A stretch of 64,000 nucleotides of DNA from Actinomycetota bacterium (GTDB lineage: Bacteria > Actinomycetota > JBBINU01), in assembly GCA_037443725.1 (NCBI GenBank), contig JBBINU010000004.1, positions 239,451-303,450 of the forward strand, given 5' to 3'. Below the pieces are notes generated by a model that saw nothing but the letters and a program-made list of their open reading frames with translations, searched no databases and was not told where the DNA came from. Positions within the stretch are counted from its first letter, which is position 1. Each line of letters opens with the position of its first letter. Below, piece by piece: positions 42,994 to 53,579 of the stretch. Both the position numbers and the translations under genes were made by a program.

Positions 42994-44301
42994 TCAGGCG
43001 AGACGCAGCCTGGAGCGGAGAAAAACGGAAATGTGGAGGAGGGGAGGAGCGGCCTTCGGCCTCCCTCCTTCAAGCCAGAGCAGGCAGCCCGGGTTCTCCG
43101 AGACCACCACCTCGGCCCCGCTTCCCTCCAGGGCATGCCACTTGTCCTCCCTGAGCCGCCCAGCCCACCCCGGGTTCCGGAGAAAGTAGGTCCCACCCGC
43201 GCCGCAGCAGACCCCGCTCCGCTCCACCTCCACCACCCTCGCTCCGGCGAGGGCGAGAAGCCGGCGCGGGGCCTCCCTCACCCCCTGGGCATGCAGAAGG
43301 TGACAGGGATCCTGGAAGGCCACCCTCGGGCTGGGCCCCTCCAGCCGGGCGAGTCCCTCGGGGGGGCCGACTCGGTCGAGGAAGTCCGTGAGATCCCGGA
43401 CGGCTGCACCCAGCTTCTCCCCTGCTTCCCCGAGGAGATGGGGATACTCCCTGAGGACAGCGCTGCACCCCGCAGCGTCGACGAGAACCGCCTCGACCCG
43501 CGGGAGGAAGGGGAGGAAGGCGCGGGCGTTCCTGCTGGCCTGGGCCCTGGCGAGCTCCGGATACCCCTCGTGGAGCGCGAGGGCCCCGCAGCACCCCTGC
43601 CCCCTCGGAACCAGCACGTCGAAACCCCAGAGGCTGAGAAGCTCGATGCTGGAGAGGGTGGCCCTCCTGAACCAGAGGTCCCCAACACACCCGGGGAAGA
43701 AGGCCACCGTTCCCCGCTTTCTGCCCCTGGCGGGGGTGAAGGCGGGAAGAGGTCTTAGGAATCCGGGATCGGGCCTGGGGAGGGGGAACCCCCCAAGGGA
43801 CTCGAGGCCCCGGGAGAGGATGGAGAGGAGGAGGGTGGAGGCGGCAAGGGTCCCCGGCCGGCCGAGCAGCCGGAGGACCCCCCGGATCCCGAGGCCGGAG
43901 GCGGTATCTAGGAACCTCCAGAGCGGGGCGGGGGTGCCCCGTCCGGCCCCCCGAGGGGCTCGCCCGGCCCGCACTCCCCTGGTCTCCGCCCGCACCGCCT
44001 CCAGAACCCATCCGTACCTCACTCCGGCCGGACAGACAGGCTCACAGGCGCGGCAACCGACGCAGGCATCGAAATAGGAGCGGGCCTCCCCGTCGAGGGG
44101 GAGCTTTCCCCCCGCCAGAGCCAGGGCAAGAGCGAGGCGGCCCCGGGGGGAGTGGCCCTCTTCCCCCGAGAGGAGGAAGGTGGGGCAGGCAGGGAGGCAG
44201 AAGCCGCAGGCCACGCACTTCTCCGCCTCCTTGACGGCAGCACCGCCAATGGCCAGCCCGAACCCCGGGCCGGGCGCCCCCGCTGAAGGAGACCTCCTCA
44301 T
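42994..44301 (-). CDS. (Fe-S)-binding protein, glycolate-oxidase GlcF-like (two 4Fe-4S motifs plus CCG domains)
   Basis: It has CVACGFCLPACP and CVGCRACEPVCP ferredoxin motifs followed by two cysteine-rich (CCG) domains (…FPGC…, …CCGALALHEG…, …FQDPCHLLH…, …CCGAGGTYF…). The start is placed at MRRSPSAG. Confidence 0.8.
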   Translation of the reverse strand: MRRSPSAGAPGPGFGLAIGGAAVKEAEKCVACGFCLPACPTFLLSGEEGHSPRGRLALALALAGGKLPLDGEARSYFDACVGCRACEPVCPAGVRYGWVLEAVRAETRGVRAGRAPRGAGRGTPAPLWRFLDTASGLGIRGVLRLLGRPGTLAASTLLLSILSRGLESLGGFPLPRPDPGFLRPLPAFTPARGRKRGTVAFFPGCVGDLWFRRATLSSIELLSLWGFDVLVPRGQGCCGALALHEGYPELARAQASRNARAFLPFLPRVEAVLVDAAGCSAVLREYPHLLGEAGEKLGAAVRDLTDFLDRVGPPEGLARLEGPSPRVAFQDPCHLLHAQGVREAPRRLLALAGARVVEVERSGVCCGAGGTYFLRNPGWAGRLREDKWHALEGSGAEVVVSENPGCLLWLEGGRPKAAPPLLHISVFLRSRLRLA

Positions 44302-44329
44302 GCCACCCCCTTGCCCGCCGCGGCGGAAT

Positions 44330-45586
44330 TCAACCCGAAAAACCCTCCGCCTCCGCCGAGCCCCTCGCCAGCCGGTAGGGGATACGGCCGGGGGCAAGCC
44401 GCACCTCGGGATCGAAGGCCAGCTTCAACCTGGCGAGGAGGGGGGAGGAAAGGCGATCCTCCTCCTTTCCCCAGGTCCCGAGGAGGGAACGGAAAGGTTC
44501 CGGGCAGGACTCAAGGAGGAGGTACCCACCTAGGTCCTCCGCAGCCCGACGGGCCCGGGCGATGGGCTCTAGAGACCCCCCGTGAGGGCGGAAGAAGAAC
44601 CGGACCACTCCGGTCATGAGGTCAGCCAGGTAGAACCCGGGACCCCCGGGGAGCCCTGTGAGACCCTCGAGGTACTGGAGGAGAACCCCCGTCCTCACCC
44701 CCGCCCGGGCCACCACACCCCCTTCCTCGGGACCGCCGGGCCCGCCACAAGGTGCGCATAGAACCGCTTCTTTCGGAACCTCCTCGCCCTTGCCGAGGAG
44801 GGAAAGGGCGAAACCCCTCGCCTCTTCCACATCCCTGCCCGCCCCCTCTAGCAGAACCCAGAGGCAGGCCTCCCCGCCTCGCCCCCGCCCGCCCGCACCG
44901 CCACCCTCCCCCACCCTGGCCTCCAGAAGAACCGAAGAGACGCAGCCGGGGCCAAGGGCGAGCTTCCTTCCGGCCTCCGCCATTCTCTTCGCCTCACCCC
45001 GGAAGCGGAGACCCAGAGCGGCGGCTGCCCTCGGTTCCACCCGAAAGCTCAAGCGAGTGATGACGGCCATGGTACCGAGGGAGCCCACCAGGAACCTGTG
45101 GAGGTGGTAGCCGGTGGAGTACTTCACCACCCTCCTGCCCGAGCTCACCCTCTCCCCCCTTCCCGTCACGAAGGTGGCCGCGAGAAGCCTCTCCCTCGGG
45201 TGTCCGAACCTCCCCCACCTTGCCCCCACCCAGCCGGCAGCCACGAGACCGCCGAGGGAAGCCGCGGGGGAGGGGGGATCCAGGGGCAGGGTCTGCCTCC
45301 TAGAAGAGACCTCCTCCTCCACCTCCTCCCAGGCCGTTCCGGCCAGGACTGTTAAGGTGAGGTCCTCGGGGTCGTACTCCACCACCCCCCTGAGGCGGCT
45401 GGTGAGAAGGGCTGTCTCGTAGGGCTCCACGGGATCCCCGAGCCCCTGCAGGCACCCCGCTCCCCAGGCCACCACACCCCGGTAGGAGCGGACGACTTCC
45501 ATGACTTCCCCTTCATCCTCCACCTCGAGAGCCCGGAGGGGGACCCGGCCGAGGAGTGGGAAACCCGAGGGATCCAGCTCCTTCAC
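44330..45586 (-). CDS. FAD-binding oxidoreductase, GlcE-like (PCMH-type FAD domain)
   Basis: FAD_binding_4-type motifs are present (…VVAWGAGCL…, …VLAGTAWEEV…, …SLGGLVAAGWVGARWGRFGHPRE…). It lies immediately upstream of the GlcF-like gene. Its ATG overlaps the stop of the upstream helicase-nuclease gene (ATGA). Confidence 0.75.
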   Translation of the reverse strand: MKELDPSGFPLLGRVPLRALEVEDEGEVMEVVRSYRGVVAWGAGCLQGLGDPVEPYETALLTSRLRGVVEYDPEDLTLTVLAGTAWEEVEEEVSSRRQTLPLDPPSPAASLGGLVAAGWVGARWGRFGHPRERLLAATFVTGRGERVSSGRRVVKYSTGYHLHRFLVGSLGTMAVITRLSFRVEPRAAAALGLRFRGEAKRMAEAGRKLALGPGCVSSVLLEARVGEGGGAGGRGRGGEACLWVLLEGAGRDVEEARGFALSLLGKGEEVPKEAVLCAPCGGPGGPEEGGVVARAGVRTGVLLQYLEGLTGLPGGPGFYLADLMTGVVRFFFRPHGGSLEPIARARRAAEDLGGYLLLESCPEPFRSLLGTWGKEEDRLSSPLLARLKLAFDPEVRLAPGRIPYRLARGSAEAEGFSG

Positions 45587-48500
45587 CCCTCCCCCGCGCT
45601 CGGCACGCCTGCCCCGCCAGGTACACCCAGCCCGAAGCGGGCCTCAAGGGGGTCCTCACGCGCCCCCCTTTTTCCCTCCGGGCAGGTGTAGAGGTAGTGA
45701 CAGCTGCGGCAGCGGAGGGAAGGGCTGGGGGGGAAATCCCGAAAGGCGAAGGCCCTGGCAAGCCGCGCCAGGGTCCCGGAGACCCATTCCCTTGTCTCCT
45801 CAAGCACCTCGCCCGACCCCACCCTTGCCTCCTCCTCCACCACCCCCTCCGGCCTCACCCAGACGAACCTGGCCAGCAGGCTAGAGGGGGGCCTTCCGAA
45901 GACTTCCTTCACTCCCAAGAGGTAAAGGTCGAGCTGGCGGCGGGCGGGGTCGTCGGGATCCAAGCCCTCGCCCGTCTTGTAGTCCACCAGCTCCCAGAGG
46001 CCTCCCTCCCTCTCGAAGATCGCGTCCACCCTGCCCCTTATCGCCACCTCACCCACGGGCAGGACGAAGGCAACCTCCCTGGCCAGCGGGGGATGGGTGT
46101 GGAAGCGGGACGAGCGGAAAGCCTCCTGGAGTGCGGCTAGGGAGGGCACCCCAGGACTGGGTGGAACCTCCTCGCCCGGTTCGGCGGGACCGAACTCCTC
46201 CAGGACAAGCTGGCCAGCCTCCCCGTTCACCCAGGCGTGGAACTCCGCCCCGAGCCTTAGGAAGGCCGAGGAGGGGCGGGGAACGTGAAGCACGTGCCCG
46301 TAGTGGAACCGTCGGGGGCAGCGGGCATACTCGAGGATCGCGGTCACACTCAAGCTCGGTGGTAGGAGAGGGCGGGGGCTCCTTACCCCCGGAGCCCTGG
46401 CGAGGAACTCCTCGAGGGCCACCGTGTACGCTTCCCCCTGCCCCGCCGGTGGAGGGCTACCCCTCCCCTCCCGGGCCCTCTCCACCTCCCCCGCAAGACC
46501 TCCGGCTCCGAAGAGCGGATCCGCCTCCTCCGCCCGGGCCCAGGGTTCCTTCCGCTCCTCCAGCAGAAGGCGGAGAGGGTTCTCCGCTGGTTTCTCCGCT
46601 TCGAAGAGGACCTTCGCGCCGGCGCGGGCGGCGGTCTGGTAGAAGCGGGACGGGCAGAGGGGTTCCCTCAGCGGCACCAGGCTGGAACCCAGGTACCACC
46701 AGGCCCCCGAGAGGACGAGCCTCCTCTTCGCCCTAGTGCAGGCGACGTAGAAGAGCCGAGTCTCGTCCTCGAGGTTCTCCCTTTCCCGGAACTCCTTCCT
46801 CGCCTTTAGAGCACCCCTATCACCCCTCCGGACCTCGGGAGGAAGTTCCAGATCGGTTCGGAGTTCCCATGGGAGGACCTCTGGCCTCTGGCTCGGGTCG
46901 GGTTCGGCCTTGAGGTCCGGGAAGAGGCTGGAACTGGGACGTCCTCCTTCTGCCTCAGCAAGACCCGGTATGAAGACCACCTCCCACTCGAGGCCCTTGG
47001 CCTGGTGGACGGTGAGAAGCTGCACCGCGTCCCCCTTCTCCGGCACGGGCTCATCCAGCTCCTCGCCCGCCTCCTCCACGGCATCCAGGTAAGCGAGGAA
47101 GGCAACGAGATCCCCGTCTCCCCCCGGGGGGGCGAAGGACTCCGCCCACTCCAGAAAAGAGTTGAGGTTCCTCTGGATGGATCTGGCCCGAGCCCCCCCG
47201 CGAACCTCGGCCTCCCGGAGCAGCCCCGTCTCGGCTATGACGGCCCGCGCCAACTCTCCCGGGGGCAGATGGACCCTGGCCCGAAGCTTCGAGAGCTCCT
47301 CGCGGAAGAGGAGGAGGCGCCTCCTCCCCTGCTCCGATAACCCCTCCACCTCCTCTAAAGCCTCGAGGACCTCCGTTAGAACCACGGGGAAGCCGTCCTC
47401 CCCGTTCCCTGCAAACCTCCTCGACATGCGTCTTCCCGCCCTTGCCAGAGCAGCGAGATCAGACGGGCCGAGCCTCCAACGCGGGCCGAGAAGCAGTCGG
47501 GCGAGGGCCGCGTTCTCCTCGGGCCTACCCAGCACCTTGAGGTACGAGACCACCTCCACCACCTCGGGCAGCTGGAGGAGCCCCCCGATGCCCACCACGT
47601 CCACGGGGATGCCTTGAGCTTCCAGAGCCTTCCTTAAGGGCCCGAGGAGCCTCTTTTTTCGAACCAACACTGCCATCTCCCCAAGGGGTATCTCTTCCGC
47701 CCACTCCCGCGCGAGCCTCGCCACCTGCCTGGCCTCTTCAAGCTGGTCAGCCGCGAAAAAGGCCAGAACATCCCCTTCCCCCTTCTCGGGATGGGGGCGG
47801 AGCCTCGAGGTGTCCGGGAGTCCGAGGTTCCCGCGGCGGGAGCGGGTGGGAAGGCCCTCGGCGACCCTCGCGGCGAGGGAGAGAATGGCCCGGCCCGACC
47901 GGTAATTGGTGGTGAGGGGATAGACGGATGCGGGGCTTCCGTCCGAGCGCGGGAAGTCCTGGGGGAAGCGGAGGATATTGGCGAGGCTCGCCCCCCTCCA
48001 GCGGTAGATGGACTGATTCGGGTCGCCCACGGCAGTGATGGAGCTCCCCGGCCCCCAGATCCTCCTGAGGAGCCTGGCCTGGGCCACGTTGGTGTCCTGG
48101 TACTCGTCAAGGAGGAGGTGAGGGTGGCGGCTCCTCACCCTCTCCCTCACCTCCTCTAGCTCTGCCAGCCGATAGGCGAGGGAAACCTGGTCCGCGAAGT
48201 CCACGACCCCCGCCTTCTCCTTCTTCTCCTGGAACATCTGGACCGCCCGGGCCAGCTCCATCCGGGCCAGCTCTGTCCTGCCGCTCTCCCCCGCACCACC
48301 GGCCATCCTCCCCCTGGCCAGAAGAACCTCGGGCTCCAGAAGGTAGTTGGCCAGGGCCTCCGCCATGGCGAGCACCTTCCTCACGGTGGATGGGGCGGTT
48401 CTGGCGTCTAGATGCTCAAAGTCCATCTCGTCCAGGACCTCCAGGGCCATCTGCCAACGTCCGGCCTCCGAGAGAACCACCGGATCCTCGGGCAGCCCCA

Positions 48501-48865
48501 GGTGAAGCCCGAACTCCCGCACCAGCTCAAGAGCGAAAGCGTGGTAGGTGAGGACCGTGGGTTCCCCCTCCGGGGGCCCCTCCTCCTCAGCCAGGCACCT
48601 CAGGCACTCGCCGATCCTCTCCTCGAGCTCTACGGCGGCCTTGTTGGTGAAGGTGAGGCAGAGGAGTTGCGAAGGCCTGGCGGCGCCCGAGGCGATGAGG
48701 TAGGCGGCGCGGGCGGCCATCACCGCAGTCTTACCGGTTCCCGCACCCGCGAGCACCAGCACCGGCTCGGCGGGAGCCATGACTGCCGCCCTCTGTTCCT
48801 CGGTGGGCTCGTGGCCCCCGAAGGCCCTTTGCACCGCCTTCCAGAGCCAGGGCCGGCCGGTCACC
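45583..48865 (-). CDS. ATP-dependent helicase-nuclease subunit: UvrD-like SF1 helicase plus C-terminal RecB/PD-(D/E)XK nuclease with a 4-Cys motif (AdnB/AddA-like)
   Basis: The N-terminus shows 'PTEEQRAAV…VLAGAGTGKT' (Q-motif and Walker A), helicase motifs II-VI (DEYQDTN, …) and a C-terminal nuclease block (…GRVDAIFEREGGLWELVDYKTG…QLDLYLLGV…) flanked by Cys (…YARCPRRF… and …CRSCHYLYTCPEG). The start is placed at the GTG 3 nt after the upstream gene's TAA, preceded by GGGAGGGGG. Confidence 0.8.
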
Positions 48866-48868
48866 CCT

Positions 48869-51814
48869 TTACCCCCTCCCGTCGGCCTGCATGAACTCCT
48901 CCCCCTCGGGCTGGACGGGACAGAGGACCCTGAAACGGCAGAGCCAGCAGCGGTCGTGGGGGCTCGGAGGGAAGGCGTTACTGGCGACACCCTCGAGGAG
49001 CCTCGCCACCCTGGCCTCGAGCTCCCCCCACTGCCTCCGGAGGACAGGCCTTCTCCCCTTCTCGGGCTGGTAGTCGTTCCAGGTCGCCCTCTGGCCCCTC
49101 CGCTCTTTCCCTGCCACCTTGAGGGGGAAGCGGAGGGCCACCTCCTTGGGGGTTCCGAACCGCTTCAGGCCGGGGTCCTTAAGAAGGGCAAGAGCGTATA
49201 TATCAAGCTGGAGGCAGAGCTCATCGGAGGGGTCCTCCCAGAGGGAACTCTTGTAGTCCACCACCCGGCACCCCCCCTCAACCTCCTCGATCCTGTCGAT
49301 CCTCCCCACCACCCGCGCCGGCCCGAGATCGAAGGCGAAGGGGACCTCCACTCCAAGAAGCCTGGTCCCGGCCTTCTCCTCCATCTCCAGGAAAACCCTG
49401 AGGAACTCCCGGGCCTCCCTCCGCCTGGCGTGAGCCACTGCTCGGTTGGGGAAGAGGTCATCGGGAAGGCCGGCCAGCATTTCTTCCAGCCTCTCGTAGG
49501 CAGCGCCCTTGGAAAGGCCCCTCCTCTGCACCTCGGCTATGACCTCATGGAGGAGGGCCCCGAGGCGCATCTGGAAGCTGGCCTCGGGATCCAGGTCCAG
49601 CTCGGACTGGTACACATAAGAGAGGGGACAGCGGCTGAAGGGGGCGAGACGGCTGAAAGAGGTCTGGAAGGGTGGTTTCACCACAGGCTCGAGAGTGCTC
49701 CACGGCCTCCCGCCCCACCAGAGGGTGGTCGGAACGTCCATCCTGGCCAGGGCATGAGCCGCCGCGAGGCGCCGTGCGGCGGGCTCCCGGGGATCCCCCG
49801 CAACCCCGCGAAGCTCTGCCTCATAGGCGAGATGGCCGCTTCCCGCCTCTTCCTCGGAGCCCTCTCCCGATACCTCTTCGGCCACGACCCCTTCGAGGAA
49901 GCGGGAGATCCTGAGAGCCCCCCTCGTGGCGTGGGAGCGATAGGCAGTGAAGACCACCTCCCGCCTCGCCCTGGAGGCCGCGATGTAGAGTAGCCGCTCT
50001 TCTCTTTCGAGGAAGGCCCTCCTCCTCCCCTCCTCCGTCCCCGGATCGAGCAGGAGGACTTCCGGCTCGAAGGGAGGGGTGACCCCCGTCCCAGGAGGCG
50101 GCCAGATCCTCTCCACCAGCCCGGCCACGACGACCACCTCGAACTCGAGCCCCTTGGCCTGAAAGGGGGTGAGGACCCTCACCCCCACCGCAGCGGGGCT
50201 CTCCTCTTCCCTAGCCTCACCATCCCGAACAGCGTCGAGGAAGGAAGAGAGGTCCCCGCCGCCCCTCGGCCTCCGATCCTGGAACCTGCGGGCATAGGCA
50301 AACAGGCGGGCCACCCCGATGGCTTCAGCCACAGCCCAGGCCTCCCCGCGCTCCGCTGCGGAGAGAACCCGCTCCGGTCCCACCGTCCGCTTCCAGATCC
50401 GGTAAAGCCCATCCTCCGCGGGGAGCGCCAGAGCCACCCTCGCCTCTTCGAGAAGCTCGCGGATTTCTGCAAAAGGCCTTGGAAGAGGTGGCTCTGGGCC
50501 ATCCCCGCCCCCACCCGGTTCCACCCCGTCTCGCGAGGACCCAGCCCGGATCTGCCTCAGGGCCGCCCTCACCTCCTCCATCCCGAAGCCCAGAGCCGGC
50601 GCGAGGCTCCTGGCCACCACCTCCGGGCTCGCCCCGTCCCTGGCCGCCCTGGCGACCTTCACAAGGAGCTCCCCCCAGCCCCCCCTCACAATCGGCCCGG
50701 AGGGACCCGGAAGCACCGGCACAGAGGCCGCAGCCAGCGCCGACTGAATCCGCTCCGCCTCCTCCTGCTCCCTGCAGATGACCGCCATCTCCTCCCAAGG
50801 AACCCCTTGGGCGGCCCTCGCCTTTAGAAACCTAGCCACCCACGCAGCCTCCTCCCCCGGATGGCCGAAGACCATCGCCCGGCAGAGGCCAGCCCCTCCT
50901 TCGTCCACCCGAGGGGGCCCGGGAGCTCCCCCAGGCCTCTTCCACGCACCGGCCCTGGAGCCGCCTCGCCCGAGGGCTACCCTGTCAAGGCGAGCGCCGA
51001 GGGCCACTTCCAGGCCCTCCAGTCCCTCCCTGGGAGAGAGGAAGACCCCCGTTGCCGCAGCGGGATCCCCCGAAGCCACCACGAGGCCCCCCCTTGCCAG
51101 TGCCTCCAACAGGGCCACCTTGGCCGGGGAGAGATCCTCCGCCTCATCCACGAGAATGAGCCGGCCAGCCCACGGGTTCTCCCTCCCGAGAAGCGCCAGG
51201 ACCTCGCGGAACACCCCGGCCGAGTCCACCGCCCCCTCCTCCTCAAGCACCCCCAGGTACTCGCGGAAGAGGGCCGCCAGGTCCACCCAGTCCTGCCTCC
51301 CCCTGACCCGCCCCAGTTCTTCGAGGGCAGCCGGATCGAGGAGCCCCTCCTCTGCCCTGAGGAGGAAGTCCCCAAGCCGCCTAGCAAGACCGTCGGTGGG
51401 CGAGTACTGCCGCAGGAACCCCCACTCCCTCTTCGAGGAACGGAAGACCTCCAGCACCTTCCTTCTCTGCTCCGCCGAGGTGAGGAGCCTCTTCCCCTGC
51501 CTCCCGAGGGTTCTTAGACAGAACTGCTCCCAGCTGAGGCAGGGGAACTCGCGAAGGCCCCTGCCGGCCACGCGCATGACCCGGAGGAGAAACCGCCTCG
51601 CCGCCGGACGGCTGGGAAGGAGAGCCACAAGGGGCGGCTCCGAGAGACCGGCGGAAGAGCGGGATGCGAACCAAGCAGCGGTTCTTGCCAGGATCTCCGT
51701 CTTCCCCGTCCCGGCAGCCCCGAGCAGAAGGACGTGCCTGGCGCGGGAGACGGCCTCCCTCACGGCCTCCGCCGCCGCAGCAAGGGCCCCCTCTCCCTCG
51801 AGCTCTCCGAGCAT
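48869..51814 (-). CDS. ATP-dependent helicase-nuclease subunit: UvrD-like helicase plus C-terminal RecB-family nuclease with a 4-Cys motif (AdnA/AddB-like)
   Basis: A Walker A (LLLGAAGTGKT), UvrD-like motifs and a C-terminal nuclease block (…GRIDRIEEVEGGCRVVDYKSS…LQLDIYALALL…) with Cys residues (…FSRCPLSYVY… and …CWLCRFRVLCP) are present. It is the upstream partner of the previous gene. Confidence 0.8.
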   Translation of the reverse strand: MLGELEGEGALAAAAEAVREAVSRARHVLLLGAAGTGKTEILARTAAWFASRSSAGLSEPPLVALLPSRPAARRFLLRVMRVAGRGLREFPCLSWEQFCLRTLGRQGKRLLTSAEQRRKVLEVFRSSKREWGFLRQYSPTDGLARRLGDFLLRAEEGLLDPAALEELGRVRGRQDWVDLAALFREYLGVLEEEGAVDSAGVFREVLALLGRENPWAGRLILVDEAEDLSPAKVALLEALARGGLVVASGDPAAATGVFLSPREGLEGLEVALGARLDRVALGRGGSRAGAWKRPGGAPGPPRVDEGGAGLCRAMVFGHPGEEAAWVARFLKARAAQGVPWEEMAVICREQEEAERIQSALAAASVPVLPGPSGPIVRGGWGELLVKVARAARDGASPEVVARSLAPALGFGMEEVRAALRQIRAGSSRDGVEPGGGGDGPEPPLPRPFAEIRELLEEARVALALPAEDGLYRIWKRTVGPERVLSAAERGEAWAVAEAIGVARLFAYARRFQDRRPRGGGDLSSFLDAVRDGEAREEESPAAVGVRVLTPFQAKGLEFEVVVVAGLVERIWPPPGTGVTPPFEPEVLLLDPGTEEGRRRAFLEREERLLYIAASRARREVVFTAYRSHATRGALRISRFLEGVVAEEVSGEGSEEEAGSGHLAYEAELRGVAGDPREPAARRLAAAHALARMDVPTTLWWGGRPWSTLEPVVKPPFQTSFSRLAPFSRCPLSYVYQSELDLDPEASFQMRLGALLHEVIAEVQRRGLSKGAAYERLEEMLAGLPDDLFPNRAVAHARRREAREFLRVFLEMEEKAGTRLLGVEVPFAFDLGPARVVGRIDRIEEVEGGCRVVDYKSSLWEDPSDELCLQLDIYALALLKDPGLKRFGTPKEVALRFPLKVAGKERRGQRATWNDYQPEKGRRPVLRRQWGELEARVARLLEGVASNAFPPSPHDRCWLCRFRVLCPVQPEGEEFMQADGRG

Positions 51815-51880
51815 TTCGTGGCAAAGGTTAGCAGGAGGCTACGACACCGAATCCCACTTGGGGCCGAGGACGCAAGCTGG

Positions 51881-52354
51881 CTAGCCCCCGGGCTCACCCG
51901 CCCGAACTCCCTCGGCCCTCGCCTTCAGGGCCATAACGGAGGAAGCCAGCAGGGGACTCCAGAGTCTCAGGGCGGCCGCGACCAAAATGGAGGCGGGGAG
52001 CCGAAGGTACCCGGGCAGGGCAGGCCTCACCTCCTCATTCCAGCTAAGGGAGGTGCCGTAGGCTGTAGCCTCGGTTAGAATCCGGGCCTCCCCCTCGAGG
52101 ATGGGGCCGCGGCGCTCCAGGACGAGCCGGGATGGCGGGGCCCACTCCACCACTTCCAGGTCGTCCAAGAGGGGAAAGCCGAAGACGCGATGGAGCCTCC
52201 GGAGCCTCACACCGACCCCTTCCCGCTCCCTGCTCAACACCTCCACGTGGCGGACCCCCTTCATCCAGCTGGGGTACCCCTCCCAATCGGTCAGGACCCG
52301 CCAGCAGGCCTCCTGACCGGCCTCCACATGCGTTCTAACCGCCAAACCTGCCAC
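51881..52354 (-). CDS. SRPBCC-superfamily protein (polyketide cyclase/dehydrase-like)
   Basis: The 157-aa product has a 'WRVLTDWEGYPSWM' N-terminus typical of the SRPBCC/START-like fold. Confidence 0.55.
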   Translation of the reverse strand: MAGLAVRTHVEAGQEACWRVLTDWEGYPSWMKGVRHVEVLSREREGVGVRLRRLHRVFGFPLLDDLEVVEWAPPSRLVLERRGPILEGEARILTEATAYGTSLSWNEEVRPALPGYLRLPASILVAAALRLWSPLLASSVMALKARAEGVRAGEPGG

Positions 52355-52361
52355 GACGGGC

Positions 52362-53579
52362 CTAAACCTCCCCCCCGAATCTTCCGAGGGTGCGGGCGAG
52401 GGCTCCCACCCCCCTTCTGTGGTCCCTCACGCCGAACAGGGTGAGAACCGCCAGGCCAATGTACACCCAGGCGATGACCATCCTCACCTGAGGCACGGGC
52501 ATGAGGAACTGGGAAGTGAAGAGGAAGGCCAAGAGGCCAGCTTCGAGAACGCCCAGGCGAAGGTCGGAGATGAGGACGAGACCGAGGGCAGACTGGGCGG
52601 CGGTGAGGAAAACCTCCTCCACCTGGACCGCATCCAGGGGCAGGGGGTGGAGCCTTCCAGCCGAGAGGTTGAAGGCCACGGGCAGGGCACCTATGAGCAG
52701 GGTCCACTGGTTCAGCTTGGAGGAAACGAGGCTGCCCAAGGAGGCCTCAGGTAGCCCCTTCCACGCGAAGATGCCAGCCACCACGAGCTCCGGCGCCTCC
52801 GAGGCCAGAGGAGCGACCCACTGGATCATCACGAACTCCCCGACCCCGAGCCTCTCCCCTATCTGCCTCAGGGACTCGGCAAAGGGTTCGGAGGCGGCGA
52901 GGATGGCGCCGCCCGCGCTGGCAAAGGCCAGAAGGACGAAGGCGAGCCTGGCCCGCCCGGGTAGGCCTGCCAGGACCCCGGGGGTTCCCTCCAGCTTCAC
53001 CTCGACCCTCCTCGCCCTGGCAGCCCTCCACACATAGGCCAGGTAAATGAGGCCGAGCACGAGGGTGTCATACAGGGCTATCCCCCTTTTAAAGGGGAGG
53101 AGGAAGGAGTAGACGGTGGCCAGGGCGAGGAAGGAGAGCTCCAGCCGGAACCCCGGCTCCAGGGTCACCTCCTGCTTCCTAGCCCTTCGCACGTAGATGA
53201 AACCCACCAGAGGCCAGAAGAGACCGAGGAGGAGCCGGTTCGCTCCGGTCATGTTGGCAGCCGCCAGGTGGGTATAGGCAGGGTCCCGCCCCGCCCTCCA
53301 GGCCAGGTAGATGTCGACAGCATACTCGGGCAGGACCGCCACCAGAGCAAGCGCAGCGATGGCGAAGGCCCTCGGCACGTGCAGCTGGGCAACTTCGGCG
53401 CCGACGGAAAGAAGGTAAGCGGCCCCCACAACGGCGAGCCCGGCGAGGATCGCCGTGATATACGGGCTCTTCGGGACGCCCGTCCCTAGCCGGATCCACA
53501 TCCAACCAAGAGCAAAAAGGGAAGCCCCCCCCACCAGAAGGGCAGCTCTCGCGATCTTCAAGGTCTCCGGCCTGTTCAC
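52362..53579 (-). CDS. Sodium/calcium exchanger (CaCA-family cation antiporter)
   Basis: It has 10-11 TM helices with two internal Na_Ca_ex alpha-repeats (…GSLVSSKLNQWTLLIG… and an N-terminal repeat). Confidence 0.8.
   Translation of the reverse strand: MNRPETLKIARAALLVGGASLFALGWMWIRLGTGVPKSPYITAILAGLAVVGAAYLLSVGAEVAQLHVPRAFAIAALALVAVLPEYAVDIYLAWRAGRDPAYTHLAAANMTGANRLLLGLFWPLVGFIYVRRARKQEVTLEPGFRLELSFLALATVYSFLLPFKRGIALYDTLVLGLIYLAYVWRAARARRVEVKLEGTPGVLAGLPGRARLAFVLLAFASAGGAILAASEPFAESLRQIGERLGVGEFVMIQWVAPLASEAPELVVAGIFAWKGLPEASLGSLVSSKLNQWTLLIGALPVAFNLSAGRLHPLPLDAVQVEEVFLTAAQSALGLVLISDLRLGVLEAGLLAFLFTSQFLMPVPQVRMVIAWVYIGLAVLTLFGVRDHRRGVGALARTLGRFGGEV

Noticed and set aside
42994-45586. A complete glycolate oxidase GlcDEF locus.
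   Set aside because: Only the GlcF-like (Fe-S) and one FAD-linked (GlcE-like) subunit are present. The upstream gene is the helicase-nuclease rather than a GlcD paralog, so a specific glycolate oxidase assignment is not supported. The generic call FAD/Fe-S oxidoreductase pair is kept.
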